64,000 nt of DNA from Eledone cirrhosa (GCA_964016885.1 OZ024742.1:359910001-359974000); one strand, 5' to 3'. Shown: positions 29,893-43,577, numbered from the stretch's first letter. Numbers and translations: made by a program. The notes: generated from the sequence alone by a model not told the origin.

Positions 29893-29893
<1 letters not shown>
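29699..29893. mobile_element. Palindromic pLTR-like remnant (arms 29699-29826) with HHR at 29759-29811
   Basis: Same family as 1-217; GAGATTC-CTGATGA-tTTC(taaa)GAAt-GAA-ACAG..CTGT-A-GAATCTC. Confidence 0.85.
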
Positions 29894-29967
<74 letters not shown>

Positions 29968-30100
29968 TGTATATATATAACGGCTAGAAAACGAAGTTAA
30001 AGAAATTTAAGACAAGTTTTATACGTTTCAACAAGAAAGATATGGAAAAAGAAAATGGTGAAAGAGTTGCTCAAACTCCACGATTATCCAGTGATATCCT

Positions 30101-30397
30101 TAATAATTGTTTCTACTATTGGCACAAGGACACCAATTATCCCAATACATTACTGGTACTTTATTTTATCAACCCCGTAAGGATGAAAGGCAAAGTTAAC
30201 CTCGGCGGGATTTGAACTCAGAATGGCAAGGGCCGTAACTATATGTGTCAAAGCATGGCGTCCAACCCTCTACCGATACTGCCAATTCACCGCCCTCTTA
30301 ATAATTGTTTCTACTTTTGGCGCAAGGCCAGCAATTACCCAGTGCATTACTGGTACTTTATTTTATCGACCCCCGTAAGGATGAAAGGCAAAGTTAA
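30101..30397 (-). mobile_element. Two tandem tRNA-derived SINE copies (second truncated)
   Basis: Reverse complement of 43878-44063 family. Confidence 0.85.
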
Positions 30398-31053
30398 TCT
30401 ATATATATAAAGCTGTGGTTGTCTGTCTATCGATTTTTGGCACACATCTCCTCTTAGAATCTCTGACGGAATTGCAATGAAATTGCTATACTTGTACATT
30501 GAGCCCTAGCGAAGACATCGGAAAAAGAATATTTCAAATTGACCCACCCTATGTGACGAAATCGAATCTAATGTATCGATGTTTTAGCGTAAGTGACGAG
30601 TTATTTCCCTTTGTTCTGTTTACATTGAGCGTATTACGTTCTGTTTACATTTTCTGCGTGCAAAAATTAAAAAAATTACGCTGGCTTTCTCAGCGTTTAA
30701 AATGACATTAACACAATACACGAACAGTTGTCGAGCCAGCAAAATTTTGACCTGCAAAATTCATCAGTTCGAACACTAGGCTTCCGTTTTGCTTCATTTC
30801 CATTTAAAAGCCTTTTAAAACAATATTTTTACTTGAAAACAAGTCTATTTAAAGACTACGTAAAACAAGCAAATATTTCGTAAAAAAAAGCAAAAATTAT
30901 ATAAGTTTATTTAAAATATATGTATCTGTAAATTTCGTTAGGCGTGCAGACAGACAGTCGTGCAGACAGACTTTAAGCCAAAAAAGAAACTTAACATTGT
31001 AACTTTAACACAGCTACTGAGCGACCCTGAGCAACGCCGGGCTTTACTGCTAG
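30398..31053 (+). mobile_element. Non-autonomous Helitron
   Basis: A|TCTATATATATAAA...CCCTGAGCAACGCCGGG..CTAG|T: 5' TC, subterminal hairpin, 3' CTAG, AT target, no TSD. Confidence 0.8.
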
Positions 31054-31241
31054 TTAATAATAAAGCTTAAGCGAGACTTGATATTTTCTTTTATTCTTTC
31101 TCTTGTTGAAACATATGTAAGAAAAATGAAACACTGTTAAGTTCTTTGCCTTGGTTTTCTACCAATAATTTATGTATTCTCTATACATTACGTGGGACTT
31201 GTTTACTCAACGTTGATTGGACGTGTTTGGTTGAAGTAGTA

Positions 31242-31350
31242 ACACAACAGTTAGTTCACCATACCGAGAACAATTGTTTCACCTTATGGGGGCTGAAGAT
31301 CCACATAAGGTGAAACAATTGTTCTCGGTATGGTGAACTAACTGTTGTGT
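31242..31350. mobile_element. Family Z palindrome with HHR
   Basis: CTGAAGA-tCC(acataa)GGt-GAA-ACAATTGT-T-CTCGG. Confidence 0.85.
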
Positions 31351-31369
31351 TACTACTGCTATATATACG

Positions 31370-31466
<97 letters not shown>

Positions 31467-31844
31467 ATATAAAAATACATGATTATGTATGTGTTTATAT
31501 ATACCTGCACATATAGTGTGCACGGTTTCTTGCACGAACGTTTGTACATGCATGTATTTATATAATTTCATGTTTGACGGCTAAGCTTAAACTGTCTCTA
31601 TAACCAACGGTTTAAGTTTAGTAGTGGGACATACATTTCTATATTATCTCCGATGTTCTTTTTTGTTTTCTTCATTATATTTCAGTTTCAGTTTCAGTGG
31701 TCTTATTCCCGCCAGTCACCAATCTGGTCCTTTGTCAAACCCGCGAAGACTAGGCTTTTTTAGAGACGGCCTTTACTCGCCTCGTCATAGCTACGTCACC
31801 TGGGTTGTGAGAGTTTTCTAAGGAGCTAAAAGTGTCAACTAATG

Positions 31845-32125
31845 CAAAAACAAACGGCAGGAGACCCAGGGGTAGATCCTGAGTAAGATGGTTGGATAAC
31901 ATCCATAAGCTTGGCTGGTCTTGCTTAGGGATCCAGTCAGATCATTTGGAGACGGCTGCTTCTGACAAGACCCGCTGGAGGGAGTGTTTGAGGACTCTGA
32001 CCCCCACGACTCTTTCAGGAATAAGTGAGCGAAGAAGCAGAAGAAGAAGAAGAAGAAGAAGAAGAAGAAGAAGAAGAAGAAGAAGAAGAAGAAGAAGAAG
32101 AAGAAGAAGAAGAAGAAGAAGAAGA
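31845..32125 (+). pseudogene. Decayed RTE-type LINE 3' end with (GAA)n tail
   Basis: RQGDP..R..R.LDNI...LETAASDKTRWRE followed by about 30 GAA units. Confidence 0.55.
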
Positions 32126-32649
32126 TCTTTGCATTGAGTACCAACTTGAATAATGGTCTTACCGATCTTAACTAGTAACATTTCATCCATACTATATACA
32201 TAATTAACGTGCAAGTGGCTGAGCATTCCACAGTCACGCGTATACTTAATGTAGTTGTCAGGGAGATTCAGTGTGACACAGAATGTGACAAGGCTGGTCC
32301 TTCCAATTACAAGTACCACCAATTTTTTCCCGCTGAGTGGACTGGAGCAAAGTGAAGGCGCGTGGCTTTGTGGTTAGGGTAGTCGGCTCACAGTCGTAAG
32401 AGTGTGAGTTCAATTCCCAACGTCACGTTATCACCTTGAGAAAGACATTTTATATATATATATATGTCCCCACCCCCCGTCTCCTCAATATTACTATTTG
32501 TTCTTTAATTTCTTTAATTTCTCATTCTATTTACTGTGAAGGGCTAGCGTCCGAAACGTTATGACTTCTACTATATCAAGCGTAAAACTAATAATGTATT
32601 TCTTCATTGTACTGTGTCGTTTGCTTTGTTATTTCTGTTTGCCTTTTGC

Positions 32650-32680
<31 letters not shown>

Positions 32681-32917
32681 TATAGTATTAATTAATAGTA
32701 TTAATTAATTATAGTATTAATTATACTATTTATGGTTATGCAAATACAAAAACCTTTTGTAGTTATATATATTTTTATAAACCCTAAATAGTGGTAGGCA
32801 GTAATATATTACTACCTTATTACCAGTAAGTTAAATAGCTCAATGTAATAACATCAGATGATTTACAGAGCAGTTATATGAATTATAAGAATCAAAGAAC
32901 TGTTCAAAACATTTTTA

Positions 32918-32964
32918 TGCTTACAACTGTTTCCTCCAAACCGAGGTTTGGGTTCTTCGGAGCA
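32918..32964 (-). ncRNA. Hammerhead motif, U4C variant, in PLE 3' end
   Basis: TGCT-CCGAAGA-acCCAAAC(ctcg)GTTTGGag-GAA-ACAGTTGT-A-AGCA; relative at 62476-62522 has the same CCGAAGA core. Confidence 0.7.
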
Positions 32965-34205
32965 ATTTATTATTGAATGAACACTTATATGACCTCCTTT
33001 TCACCCAAGAGACATACAGATACATATGCAAATATTGTGGGTCAACATTCATTACAGCATTTAGTGTGGCAGTACACATTTAGAGAATACATTCATATTA
33101 AAAGATACAATCAAAAATACAGGTTAAAATACAACATGAAATTAAGCGGTTATAGAGTGCAATGGTTATATGTGTGGCAAGCACGTGCGTCTTGTTTATA
33201 TAGTGTGGCAGAGAGTTACGTGTAATAGAAGCACTTAAGCAGGTAATCAAGAGTGTTAAGGGGGTTGATCTGGTAATGAATTCTTTATATGATTGTTATA
33301 GCCTGTGTGTGGAGAAATAATATAAGTATTAAAAATAATGTAAGCATTAAAAATATTGGAAATGCGTAGCGAAGCGATGATATGGATTTCATGCACTGCG
33401 ACATTTTCATAGTCTGGGGAGCGTATTTTTCAGATTATATGCCCCTCACTCTTAAATTGTGTCTCAAAATAGTCCCTAACTTATATGGTTATGCGCACTA
33501 AAAGATTTCTAAAAATTTAAAGTGTTTTAACTATAAAGTAGTCTATTAAGTTGTGCTGAAGGTGTTCTTATTATGGTGATTAACCTCCATCGTAGAGTGC
33601 CACAAATGAATATTATACACGACGAGCGAGATTTCTAAATTAATGATCACTGTGATTGTAGTCTACTCAAAGAACCAGGCAAGGTGATTGCAGAATCACT
33701 TCAACACACAATGATCCCTGGTAAGTTCCGGGTCAGTGCATGCTATATTGGATGTCGAAAGATAATCATCACCAGGGCCGACCAGAAGTCAATCCATACT
33801 CCTCATGTCTCCAATCTGACCATCAAATCATACATATATGTACAACCCATACGCCACTTGCAATACATTCACTGCACTCAGCATACCGGTCGTACAGCTC
33901 ATCAACGTTACTAGATTAATTAGTTTTCCATTTATCCAACGATGGCACTTCCTCTGCATAGCACCAACAATACAATCAATTCAATGCTTAAATTTTACAT
34001 TAACTATAAAGTAGTGTAGTGCAGTTCAAGCAATTGGATGTAGTCACACCTAAAGTAGAAGTACAAAGGGGTATTCCCACTGTGAAGGGTTCTAGAGGGA
34101 TGTCCCGATTTGTGTTATATTAGATCAATGAGTGTGGGGATGTGGTATAAGGTGTGCCCCTGGTGTTTGATGCTAGAGGTGGTGTCTGGTTCAAGTCCGA
34201 CATTG

Positions 34206-36147
34206 CTATATATTGGGCTTAAAGTTTTGGAAGGAATGTCTGAAGCGGTGTTGGCAAGTTGCAAACACTTCAGATTTTTTGTTAAGTAGGTTACGGTTAG
34301 AGAAGATAATAGTGTGGGTCTCTAGTATACAGAGGTTACAAAATTTATTAGGTGGTTTGTACGAAGTTGCGCTACCTATCACTTCCCATTTGAGTGTGTA
34401 AGGTTTATTTTTAGTTTTTAGATAGTGTATGTAGCTAGATAGTGAGGTGGAGTTGGCTAGACTGTGTTTTTTGAACGAGTGGATGTGCGAATTATATCTG
34501 ATTTTGAAGCAGTTAGAAGTGGAGCCTACATAGGTTTATGAAGAGTTGCTAGTTGTGACAGTGCATGAGTATATGATATCCTTGGTTAGGCATTTTTTAT
34601 CTAAAGGGCAGGTTCTATTAGCTCTACAGTTACAATTATCCTGGGTGTTAGTCTGCTGGTTATAATGCAGTGCAGAAGTCCGGGTGGTAGCTATAGGATT
34701 ATGGACATTCGGGTTGTCGACCCCGGTGTTATTTCTTATACTAGTGTTATTTCTATTATTACTGCCGTTATTAGGGTTGCTTGCTATTTTGAAGGTTTAC
34801 CTCCTGTTGTGATTTCGTTTGTTGGAAGTAAGAATTAATTTTACTTTTATTGCTGCTAGCTATGTGGTATGCTAAGTTAGGCGTCGTAGAGTATGAGATT
34901 ATAATAGTGTTTTTGTTTAAAAGGTTATGGTACTTGTGTCCTAGAGGGAAGTTTTTATCTAGTAGTGAGAAGAAAGCCCTAGGTATGTTGGTGGAGACGT
35001 TTAGGTTGAAAGGAGGGTTGAAAAATGTATTATTTCTTCTTCTATTTTTGTTTTTAGTGTCTGGTGTGTTGTTTCCTCCTAAGGTACTACGGTAGTTTCT
35101 GTGGTAATGGTTACTTTTGGTGGCACCCTCCGCTTTAGTGTGCGTGTGGTTGCTATTCATATTACTAGGTTTCCCCATGGACATATTGTGCGAGATGATG
35201 TTGTAGCTATGTGTTTTCTTAGGTAGGAACTTAATCTCTATATTATGGCCGGATCTAGCTAATCTTGGCTATAAAATTGCGAGTTTTTGCTAAATATGTT
35301 TGCGTCATAGGATAGATTAGAGATTCTATTGGATACCCCTTAGAGATAGAGTTTAATATTGATCTAGGGTGATTAGACTTGGTATCCACGTAAATGAGTT
35401 TTTCGTTAGGCTTATGGAAAGGTGTATATATTTTTGAGTCTAGGTATAGTGTGGCGTCTAGGAAGTTAACATTTTTAGTGTTTTTGTCTATGGTGATACT
35501 AAGGTTAAAGTTTTTGAATGTCTTGTGCAATAGTTTTCTAGTTCTTTCTATATTGAATTTTTTATATTCTATAAGTAGAAGTGCATCATCGCGGTACAAA
35601 CCACCGTTGAGGTATGGGAGGTCCTTATGGATTTCATTAAGAAGGTATAGGCCGACCAAATCAGTGACCTGCGCCGAGTCACTAGATCCCATGGTTATGT
35701 CGAAGTTGTTGTGCGTATCCTTGCGGGTCCATAGTTGGTCCTCGAAGGTAATTATGGTTTTACGGGCCGCAAGGATGACATCAATCTGGGCTCTAGTCAG
35801 GTCGCTATTGTTCATGGCCATGATTAGTGCCTTATTTAATAGGATAGGGGAAATAGAGGTGTAGTATGAATTGATATCAAATTGAATAAATTTTTTGTCC
35901 TTATTATTCTTGATATCTTTGAACCATTCAATAACTTCACCCGTATTTCTCCATTGTTTAAGGTGTATCTTGTATTTAATTTGTGGGATGATTTTATCTA
36001 AAATTTTCTTGCTGATAATGCCAATGTCGGACTTGGAAGGGTAGATAAGTCTAATCGAGGGGTTGCTAATGAAGTCCCCCTTATGATCCTTCAGAGAGAA
36101 TCTAGGGGGGTTTGGGGTGTATGGTTGTGTATGCCTTTGAAGTCCTA

Positions 36148-36150
<3 letters not shown>
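34206..36150 (-). pseudogene. PLE RT + GIY-YIG endonuclease ORF remnant (frameshifted)
   Basis: [17 protein letters not shown]; FIQFDINSYYTSI; FDITMGSSDSAQVTDLVGLYLL; GLYRDDAL; FFNPPFNLNVST; CNCR..CPL..CL; YVGST..FKIRY..H; CNLCILE. Confidence 0.9.
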
Positions 36151-36203
<53 letters not shown>

Positions 36204-36204
36204 C

Positions 36205-36318
<114 letters not shown>

Positions 36319-36380
36319 CGAGAGAAAGAGAGAAGGTAACACACAGGAACCTTTATACATATGCGTTTATGCAAACATGT

Positions 36381-36497
<117 letters not shown>

Positions 36498-36543
36498 GAA
36501 ATGACAGGAGGCTGGATTTGTGTAAATCCTTGAAAGGTTTATT

Positions 36544-36601
36544 ATACTATGATCATTTCAATGACCGGGTTCCGTATGAATCCAGTGATATCATCAGGTA
36601 T
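36544..36601 (-). ncRNA. Type I hammerhead motif in a ~220-bp island (36492-36710) between TA runs
   Basis: ATAC-CTGATGA-tATcACTGG...CCGGTcATt-GAA-ATGATCAT-A-GTAT. Confidence 0.75.
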
Positions 36602-36725
36602 TTGAAATATAATACTATAATATAATGTAATAGATAAAATCCATGGGGCTGAAAATCGAGGACCCGAGGGCGACCGCTATTCTGTTCCTTCAACCTCAGC
36701 CGGTCGCCCTATATATATACATATA

Positions 36726-36768
<43 letters not shown>

Positions 36769-36945
36769 ATATATATATATTAAAGAGTTAAACAAGATTC
36801 AATGAGTATATCAAAGAATGAGTTTTACAGTAGATTGGAAACACTCTACGGAAAAAAAATTTCCAGAGTTATTAATATTAAAATACAAATATTAATAAAA
36901 CTGGTTGAGCGCTTTTCTATACAATAGATTGCATATTCAATAAAT

Positions 36946-39415
36946 ATGGATTTCTTAAACTTCCCGACTTCCCTCAAAGATATACCCATACCTTCAAATG
37001 AAGAATACATGAGGAAAACTATTGAACAGACAAACTCTTTTATTAGAAGATTGAGATGGAGAGCTTTTCATTTCGAAAATAAAGATGCTGAAAGAAAAAC
37101 CAACAACAATCATTTGGAATCTTTATTTAAATCAAGAAAGAATCCTCCATACAACAAACTGGAGGTTTTTGAAACAGAAATGCTCGGTATAATCAAACAA
37201 ATTAAATTTAGGAAAAACCCATATATAGGTCACCAATACCTTAGAACTCTAAAAGAAAAAATCACGGAAATAAAAAATGTTAACAAAGTATTGGTTAAAT
37301 CGGACAAAACTAATAATTTATATGGGATAAACAAAGATGAATATAACAATTTGATTTTAAAGGAACTTATGAAAAATTACAAAAAAGCTCCGGGTGATGA
37401 TCTTACTGAAATTAATGAAGAAGCCTACAAATTAATTACCAATTTAGGAATAGAAGGAAGAACCGAGCCATTCTTACCTAGGAAGCCGAGGATTAACTTG
37501 AAGGATCACAAAAGAAACTTTGAGGAAAAGATGCCAGTTAGATTGATTGCTCCATCGAAATCGGATATTGGAGTAATCAGTAAAAACATCATAGATAGAA
37601 TATTACCCACTATTAAATTGAGATCTAATTTGAGCTTATGGAAAGATACAAACGAAGTCATAGAATGGTACAGGAATATAGATGATAAGAAAAACAATAA
37701 ATTCATCCAGATGGACATAACAAGCTACTGTTCTTCCATAACACTTAACCTTCTAAATAAGACTCCTTCATATGCTTATAAGCATACTGATATAACCACG
37801 GATGAAATCGATATAATACTAACAGCCAGAAGAACTCTTATTAACTTCAACAACGAATATTGGACCCGCTCAGATAGAGATAGAAACTTTGATATCATTA
37901 TGGGGGGCATCCGATTCCGCGCAAATCACAAATCTTCTGGGAATTTTCATATTAAATATGATAAATAGAAAACTGCCGGAGATTACCGGTGGTTTATATA
38001 GGGACGACATTTTATTTACCATGGTCAAACACAACAATATAGAACTAAATAGAGTAAAGAAAAGTATAATAGAATTCTTTAAAATGTACGACCTTAAGTT
38101 AGAAGTAGAAAATGGTACCAAAATAGTTAATTTCCTAGACGTTACCTTTAACTTAAACACTGGCTTCTATTACCCTTTTCATAAGCCCAATGAAAACTTA
38201 AACTATGTTAGTAACCATTCCAATCACCCTAAATCTGTAAAAAAAGCTATAGTAAATAGTGTGCAAAAACGAATTAATAAAATATCAGCCAATAAAGCTA
38301 TATTCGATAAAAACGCTGAATACTACAACAACGCGTTAAAAAGAGCAGGATATATTAATAATTGTTTCTACTTTTGGCACAAGGCCAGCAATTACCCAGT
38401 AGATTACTTGTTCTTTATTTTATCGACCCCGTAAGGATGAAAGGCAAAGTTAACCTCGGCGGGATTTGAACTCAGAATGGCAAGGGCCGTAACTCTATAC
38501 GTCAAAGCATGGCGTCCGACCCTCTACCCATACTGCCAATTCACCGCTCTTATATATTAATAATATAGAATATGTAGATAATAATAATCCAAGTATTAAT
38601 CTTAATAAAAATAATAACATATATAAGAGAAACTCTCATAATTATAATTCAAACACCCATACGCCAAATAAATCGAGGATAAGAACTAGAACTAAATCAG
38701 TCATATGGTTCGCCCCCCCCCCCCCCCTGCTTCGGTCGCAGTTAAAACACCAATCGCAAAATTATTCTTTAACGCTCTGGACACCTCTTTCCCTACTCAA
38801 CATAAATACCATTCCATTTTTAATAGACATACCATTAAATTCTCGTATTCTACAACTATGAACATGGTCCAAAACATTGCCAAATTAAACACTAAAATCC
38901 TAAAACAAAACCAGCATAATGATATTAATAATAGAGTTAACATAAATGATACTAAACCAAAATGTAATTGTAGAAATAAAACTGATTACCATTTGCAAAA
39001 TAATTGTCTAGATAGTAATTTGGTTTATAAATGCACCGTAAAAACTGATCACAACATATACAACTACATAGGATCGACTTCTTCTACATTTAAAGCCAGA
39101 TTTGCGAACCATAAATGCTCATTCTCGAACTCCAAGAGGAAATCATCCACGTCTTTATCACAGCTCATATGGTCATTAAAAGAGAGGAATTTAAAATACT
39201 CCATTCTTTGGACAAAACTTCGGAACTGTGGAGTTTACCGCAACTCTATTATATCAAATAACTGCGCGCTCTGTACAATGGAGACCCTGTTGATTATTAA
39301 TAACTATGAGACCCTAATTAACAAAAAAAGTGAATTATTCTCTAGTTGCCTCCATAAAGCTACGTCCACATTCTTAGCCTCCCACAAAACGAGAAAAAAA
39401 AGAGAGAAACACTAA
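36946..39415 (+). pseudogene. PLE polyprotein (RT + C-terminal GIY-YIG), broken by frameshifts at ~37903 and ~38715 and a SINE insertion
   Basis: SLKDIPIPS..FIRRLRWRAF; KSDKTNNLY; LKDHK..VRLIAPSKSDIG; GLYRDD; VNFLDVTFNL; SNHP; CNCR..NLVYKC..YIGST..FKARFANH..CALCTME..NKKSE. Confidence 0.9.
38363..38551 (-). mobile_element. tRNA-derived SINE nested in the PLE ORF
   Basis: TSD ATATATTAATAAT at 38350-38362 and 38552-38564; excision restores KRAGYINNIEYVD reading. Confidence 0.9.
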
Positions 39416-40834
39416 ACCATTAAAATCTTGGTTGGCAGACGTATATAATCAACAGGGAAAAACATTAATGGCCTTTAATATTGCATTATCTTATAACTAG
39501 CTATAGAAGAAATAACTCTCGAATGAATGACACTTGTTCAATAACATGCCGGAACATTGATATACATACCATAATATTATTAACTTTTATCCATACCATT
39601 ATTTCTTCATTTCTCTATATTTATCTTCCTATCTAAGTTTGAAATTGTAGTTTAATATCCAACCCATACATTTTTACGGAACTTATTTCTAACTGTGAAT
39701 CTTTCATGTGTTTTTGATCTCTTATTTATAATATGTATGTAATTATATTTTCTATGTTTTTAAATATACCTACTGCATTTTTATATCCATGATTCAAATA
39801 TACCAACTATAAATTATTATAGACCTTATTATGAACTCTGAATTATCCATGCATTTATTATTGTTTTTCTTATATATATATATATATGTATTTAACTGTA
39901 ACACGTCGAACTTTATTATATAAAATTATAACCGTTATCATTTACCTAAAGTATACTGTATCACTAATACCTAATTTATATATCCATATATACCTCCCAA
40001 GTATCTTTCTATACATAATTTTTAGTTAACTTCTAAATTTCTTGATTATTATTTATTTTGAACTATGAATAATTAATGCATTTACACCCTGTTATATATA
40101 GGTATATATTTAACTTTAGCATGCCTCAATCTATTATTTTATTTTTATTTTCGTTATCATTTACCTAAAATATACTGGCTCATTAATATATATCTATATA
40201 CATAATCGTTATTTAAATATTTATAACAATAAGTACTTCATAAGCTTTACACACCGAATATATTGACATTGATTATCTTCGGTAAAGTTTACATTTAGGA
40301 AAATATTCAACACTGTAAACTTTCCTTTCCGCTGGCCAGCTAAATCCTTTAAATGTTATTCTCATAAAATTCAGAAGTTTAGAAATGTTAACACACTTAT
40401 AGAATTTACAAAACTAATAAATATAAATAACCAGCAATTTAAAAAAAACAACTAAAATCTTGATTCTTCACTCTAAAATAGCATAAATTAAATATTTTCA
40501 AACCGTTTAACTTTCGGAAATAATTTCCTTCTGCATATATTACCCCCCTTATCTTTCCCTCTCTATATATCCTATTCCAGTGCCTCTCATTGACTGTTAT
40601 AATTCATGAGATGTTTTCCTAGATAAACATAAATTGTAGTATCATACATTTTAAAATCTCTATAACTGTTACATTAAGCAACGTTTTTCTTACTCACACA
40701 TTCTCTATTGAATTTATTACGTTTTCGCATTTGTTCATTATTAGGGTATAAATGTTAAATTTTCTCTTAGGTTAATCACTACCTTGATTAAATTTTAACC
40801 ATTTAACATCTCAGGGTATGTCATGTATCATTAT

Positions 40835-40875
40835 ATTTTGTCTGATGAGGGCATCCGAAATATGTATAATAAAAT
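40835..40875 (+). ncRNA. Minimal hammerhead ribozyme at PLE 3' end
   Basis: ATTTTGT-CTGATGA-GG(gcat)CC-GAA-ATATGTAT-A-ATAAAAT. Confidence 0.8.
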
Positions 40876-40909
40876 GTAATTGATCAAAAGAACATCTATT
40901 TTATTAATA

Positions 40910-41254
<345 letters not shown>

Positions 41255-41306
41255 TTTCTGAATTTGTTTAGCAAGATTCTTTATCTGAAAACGTGTGTTG
41301 AAACCG

Positions 41307-42213
41307 ATATTGTTATACTTTGGTAGGGTCATGTTGCCAATAAGAAACACATGCACCAGTGCTTTCACTTCAATTTATTATAATAAATTTATAAATTTAG
41401 GAATTTATAAATTTCCGGTTGCTTGGTTGGTTCCACAACCAGATGGTTGTTTATATATTGTCAAAGTTCTTTCGTCACACATTCTGTGACCTCTTCAGTG
41501 AATGGGGATTCTTTTCTTTGTGTTTGTGCCTCTCCTTTGTTCTGTCCTTCGCCATCTTGTTTCTGTGTGTGTGCTGTGTGCTTAGTCTGTGCATGCGCCA
41601 CATCCGGGTGTCTGTGTGTGTTTATATTTGTTTATTTATTTGTTTATTTACATGTTCTGGTTGGTTGTTTGTTCTATATGCGTGTGTGTTTTCATTCTGT
41701 CCTTAATTGTAAGTTGTGATGTTGCTGTTCCACTCATGTTTTCTATTTAATTTTGGTTGGAGTTCATTTATGTTATGAACTCCAACCAAAATTAAATAGA
41801 AAATATGAGTGGAACAGCAACATCACAACTTACAATTAAGGACAGAATGAAAACACACACGCATATAGAACAAACAACCAACCAGTAACATGTAAATAAA
41901 CAAATAAATAAACAAATATAAACACACACAGACACCAGGATGTGGCGCATGCGCAGACTGAGCACACAGCACACACACAGAAACTAGATGGTGTAGGACA
42001 GAACAAAGGAGAGGCACAAAAACAAAGAAAAGAATCCCCAGTCACTGAAGAGGTCACAGAATGTGTGACGAAAGAACTTTGACAATATATAAACAACCAT
42101 CTGGTTGTGGAACCAACCAAGCAACCGGAAATTTATAAATTTATTATAATAAATTGAAGTGAAAGCAACTGGTGCGTGTGTTTCTTATTGGCAACATGAC
42201 CCTCCCAAAGTAT

Positions 42214-42221
<8 letters not shown>
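41307..42221. repeat. ~915-bp palindrome with HHR in each arm
   Basis: Arms of ~455 bp reverse-complementary around ~41770 with scattered mismatches; 3' end fragment also at 17040-17075. Confidence 0.95.
42041..42083 (+). ncRNA. Minimal hammerhead ribozyme motif
   Basis: GTCA-CTGAAGA-gGTCAC(agaatgt)GTGAC-GAA-AG(aa)CT-T-TGAC; inverted copy ~41460-41500. Confidence 0.75.
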
Positions 42222-42249
<28 letters not shown>

Positions 42250-42250
<1 letters not shown>

Positions 42251-43503
42251 TGGAGGAGGTTATAGTTCACTTGAAGCATTGTGTAATGAGGTATAAACGT
42301 TTGTATATGTATAATAATGCCAAAACAATGCAGGTATGGACATAGAATAAAGAATGCAAATGCAAAAGATATTGTTGACAATTAGTCTTTTATCTTAGAT
42401 TTATTTAAATGTCCTTAATTTTCGAGATAATATCTCTTCTTCGGAGGGAAGTAAAGCGGTTAAACCAGTGTTCTAAATAGCTTGCCAAGTCATGCTGACA
42501 GGAAATGGTATAGAGTATCTGTTCTATCTCTAATGTCAAAGAGATGAGGTTAGGTGGATAAAGAGTAGTCTCCCTTTAAAAGGTTTTTTTGTACATGCCT
42601 GTTTAAGTGTGTGGGAGAATGCTTGAAGGTGTAAGTATGTGAGTGTGTGTGTGAGAGTGAGTAGATATGTCTATACGTAAATGTGGGGGATAGATGTTAA
42701 CTCGTGTTAGAACTGGTCTTTGTGTGTGAGAGAGAATAAGTGGAGGTGTAAGCGTGTGTGTGTGTGTGCGTGTGTGTGTACGTGTGTATGTGCGTGTGTG
42801 TGGGGTGTGTATAAATATGGGGCTAGAAGCTCTATCAAGTTATAAATTGGGTGTTGAGTTCTAGTCTATTATTGATTGGTGGTTGTGTTTTGTCTATAAT
42901 TAGTGCTTCCTTAATTCTATGTTTGCCGAGGTTTATTCCTTAGTTTCTATCCTAACTGTTATGGTTTTGTCGGTGTTTTTGCATTTAACTAGGTGTTTCT
43001 TAAATGAGGAAGCGTTAGTATTGAGGTGTTCTTTTATTCTTATGTGGAGTGGTCTGGTGGGGCTACCTACGTAGAAGTTGCTGCATTTGTCACACTCTAG
43101 TCTGTATACGACGTAAGCCTGGTGGCATAGGTCTGTGTCGTTGATGGGGCAGTTGGCTAGCCTGCAGCAGTTGTCATGTCTGGTGGAGTGTCTTTTGGTT
43201 AGCTGTCCGCGTAGAGAAGGACCTGAGTGGGCCAGTTGGATATCTAGTCCCTCTCGTCTGATAGCTCTGCGGATGGCTGTTGTTGTTTCTATACCATTTC
43301 CTGTCAGCATGACTTGGCAAGCTATTTAGAACACTGGTTTAACCGCCTTACTTCCCTCCGAAGAAGAGATATTATCTCGAAAATTAAGGACATTTAAATA
43401 AATCTAAGGTAAAAGACAAATTGTCAACAATATCTTTTGCATTTGCATTCTTTATTCTATGTCCATACCTGCATTGTTTTGGCTTCATTATACATATATA
43501 AAC

Positions 43504-43510
<7 letters not shown>
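42250..43510 (-). mobile_element. 5'-truncated non-Naiad Penelope-like element with inverted upstream pLTR
   Basis: GIY-YIG remnant between inverted repeats 42293-42513 and 43286-43510. Confidence 0.85.
42835..43285 (-). pseudogene. GIY-YIG endonuclease domain remnant of PLE
   Basis: CRLANCPI..LC..VVYRLECDKCSNFYVGSPTRPLHIRIKEH; after a stop RIKEALII..QPPINNRLE. Confidence 0.85.
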
Positions 43511-43561
<51 letters not shown>

Positions 43562-43577
43562 TAAAACAACAGATTAA

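Larger units (their letters stand above)
32700..36150 (-). mobile_element. 5'-truncated Naiad-type Penelope-like element with long 3' UTR
   Basis: RT and GIY-YIG remnants, HHR near 3' end, (TA)n flanks; 3' region homologous to 61880-62560. Confidence 0.85.
36782..40912 (+). mobile_element. Near full-length Naiad-type Penelope-like element inserted in (TA)n
   Basis: Complete RT-GIY-YIG coding span, ~1.5-kb 3' UTR with terminal HHR. Confidence 0.9.
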
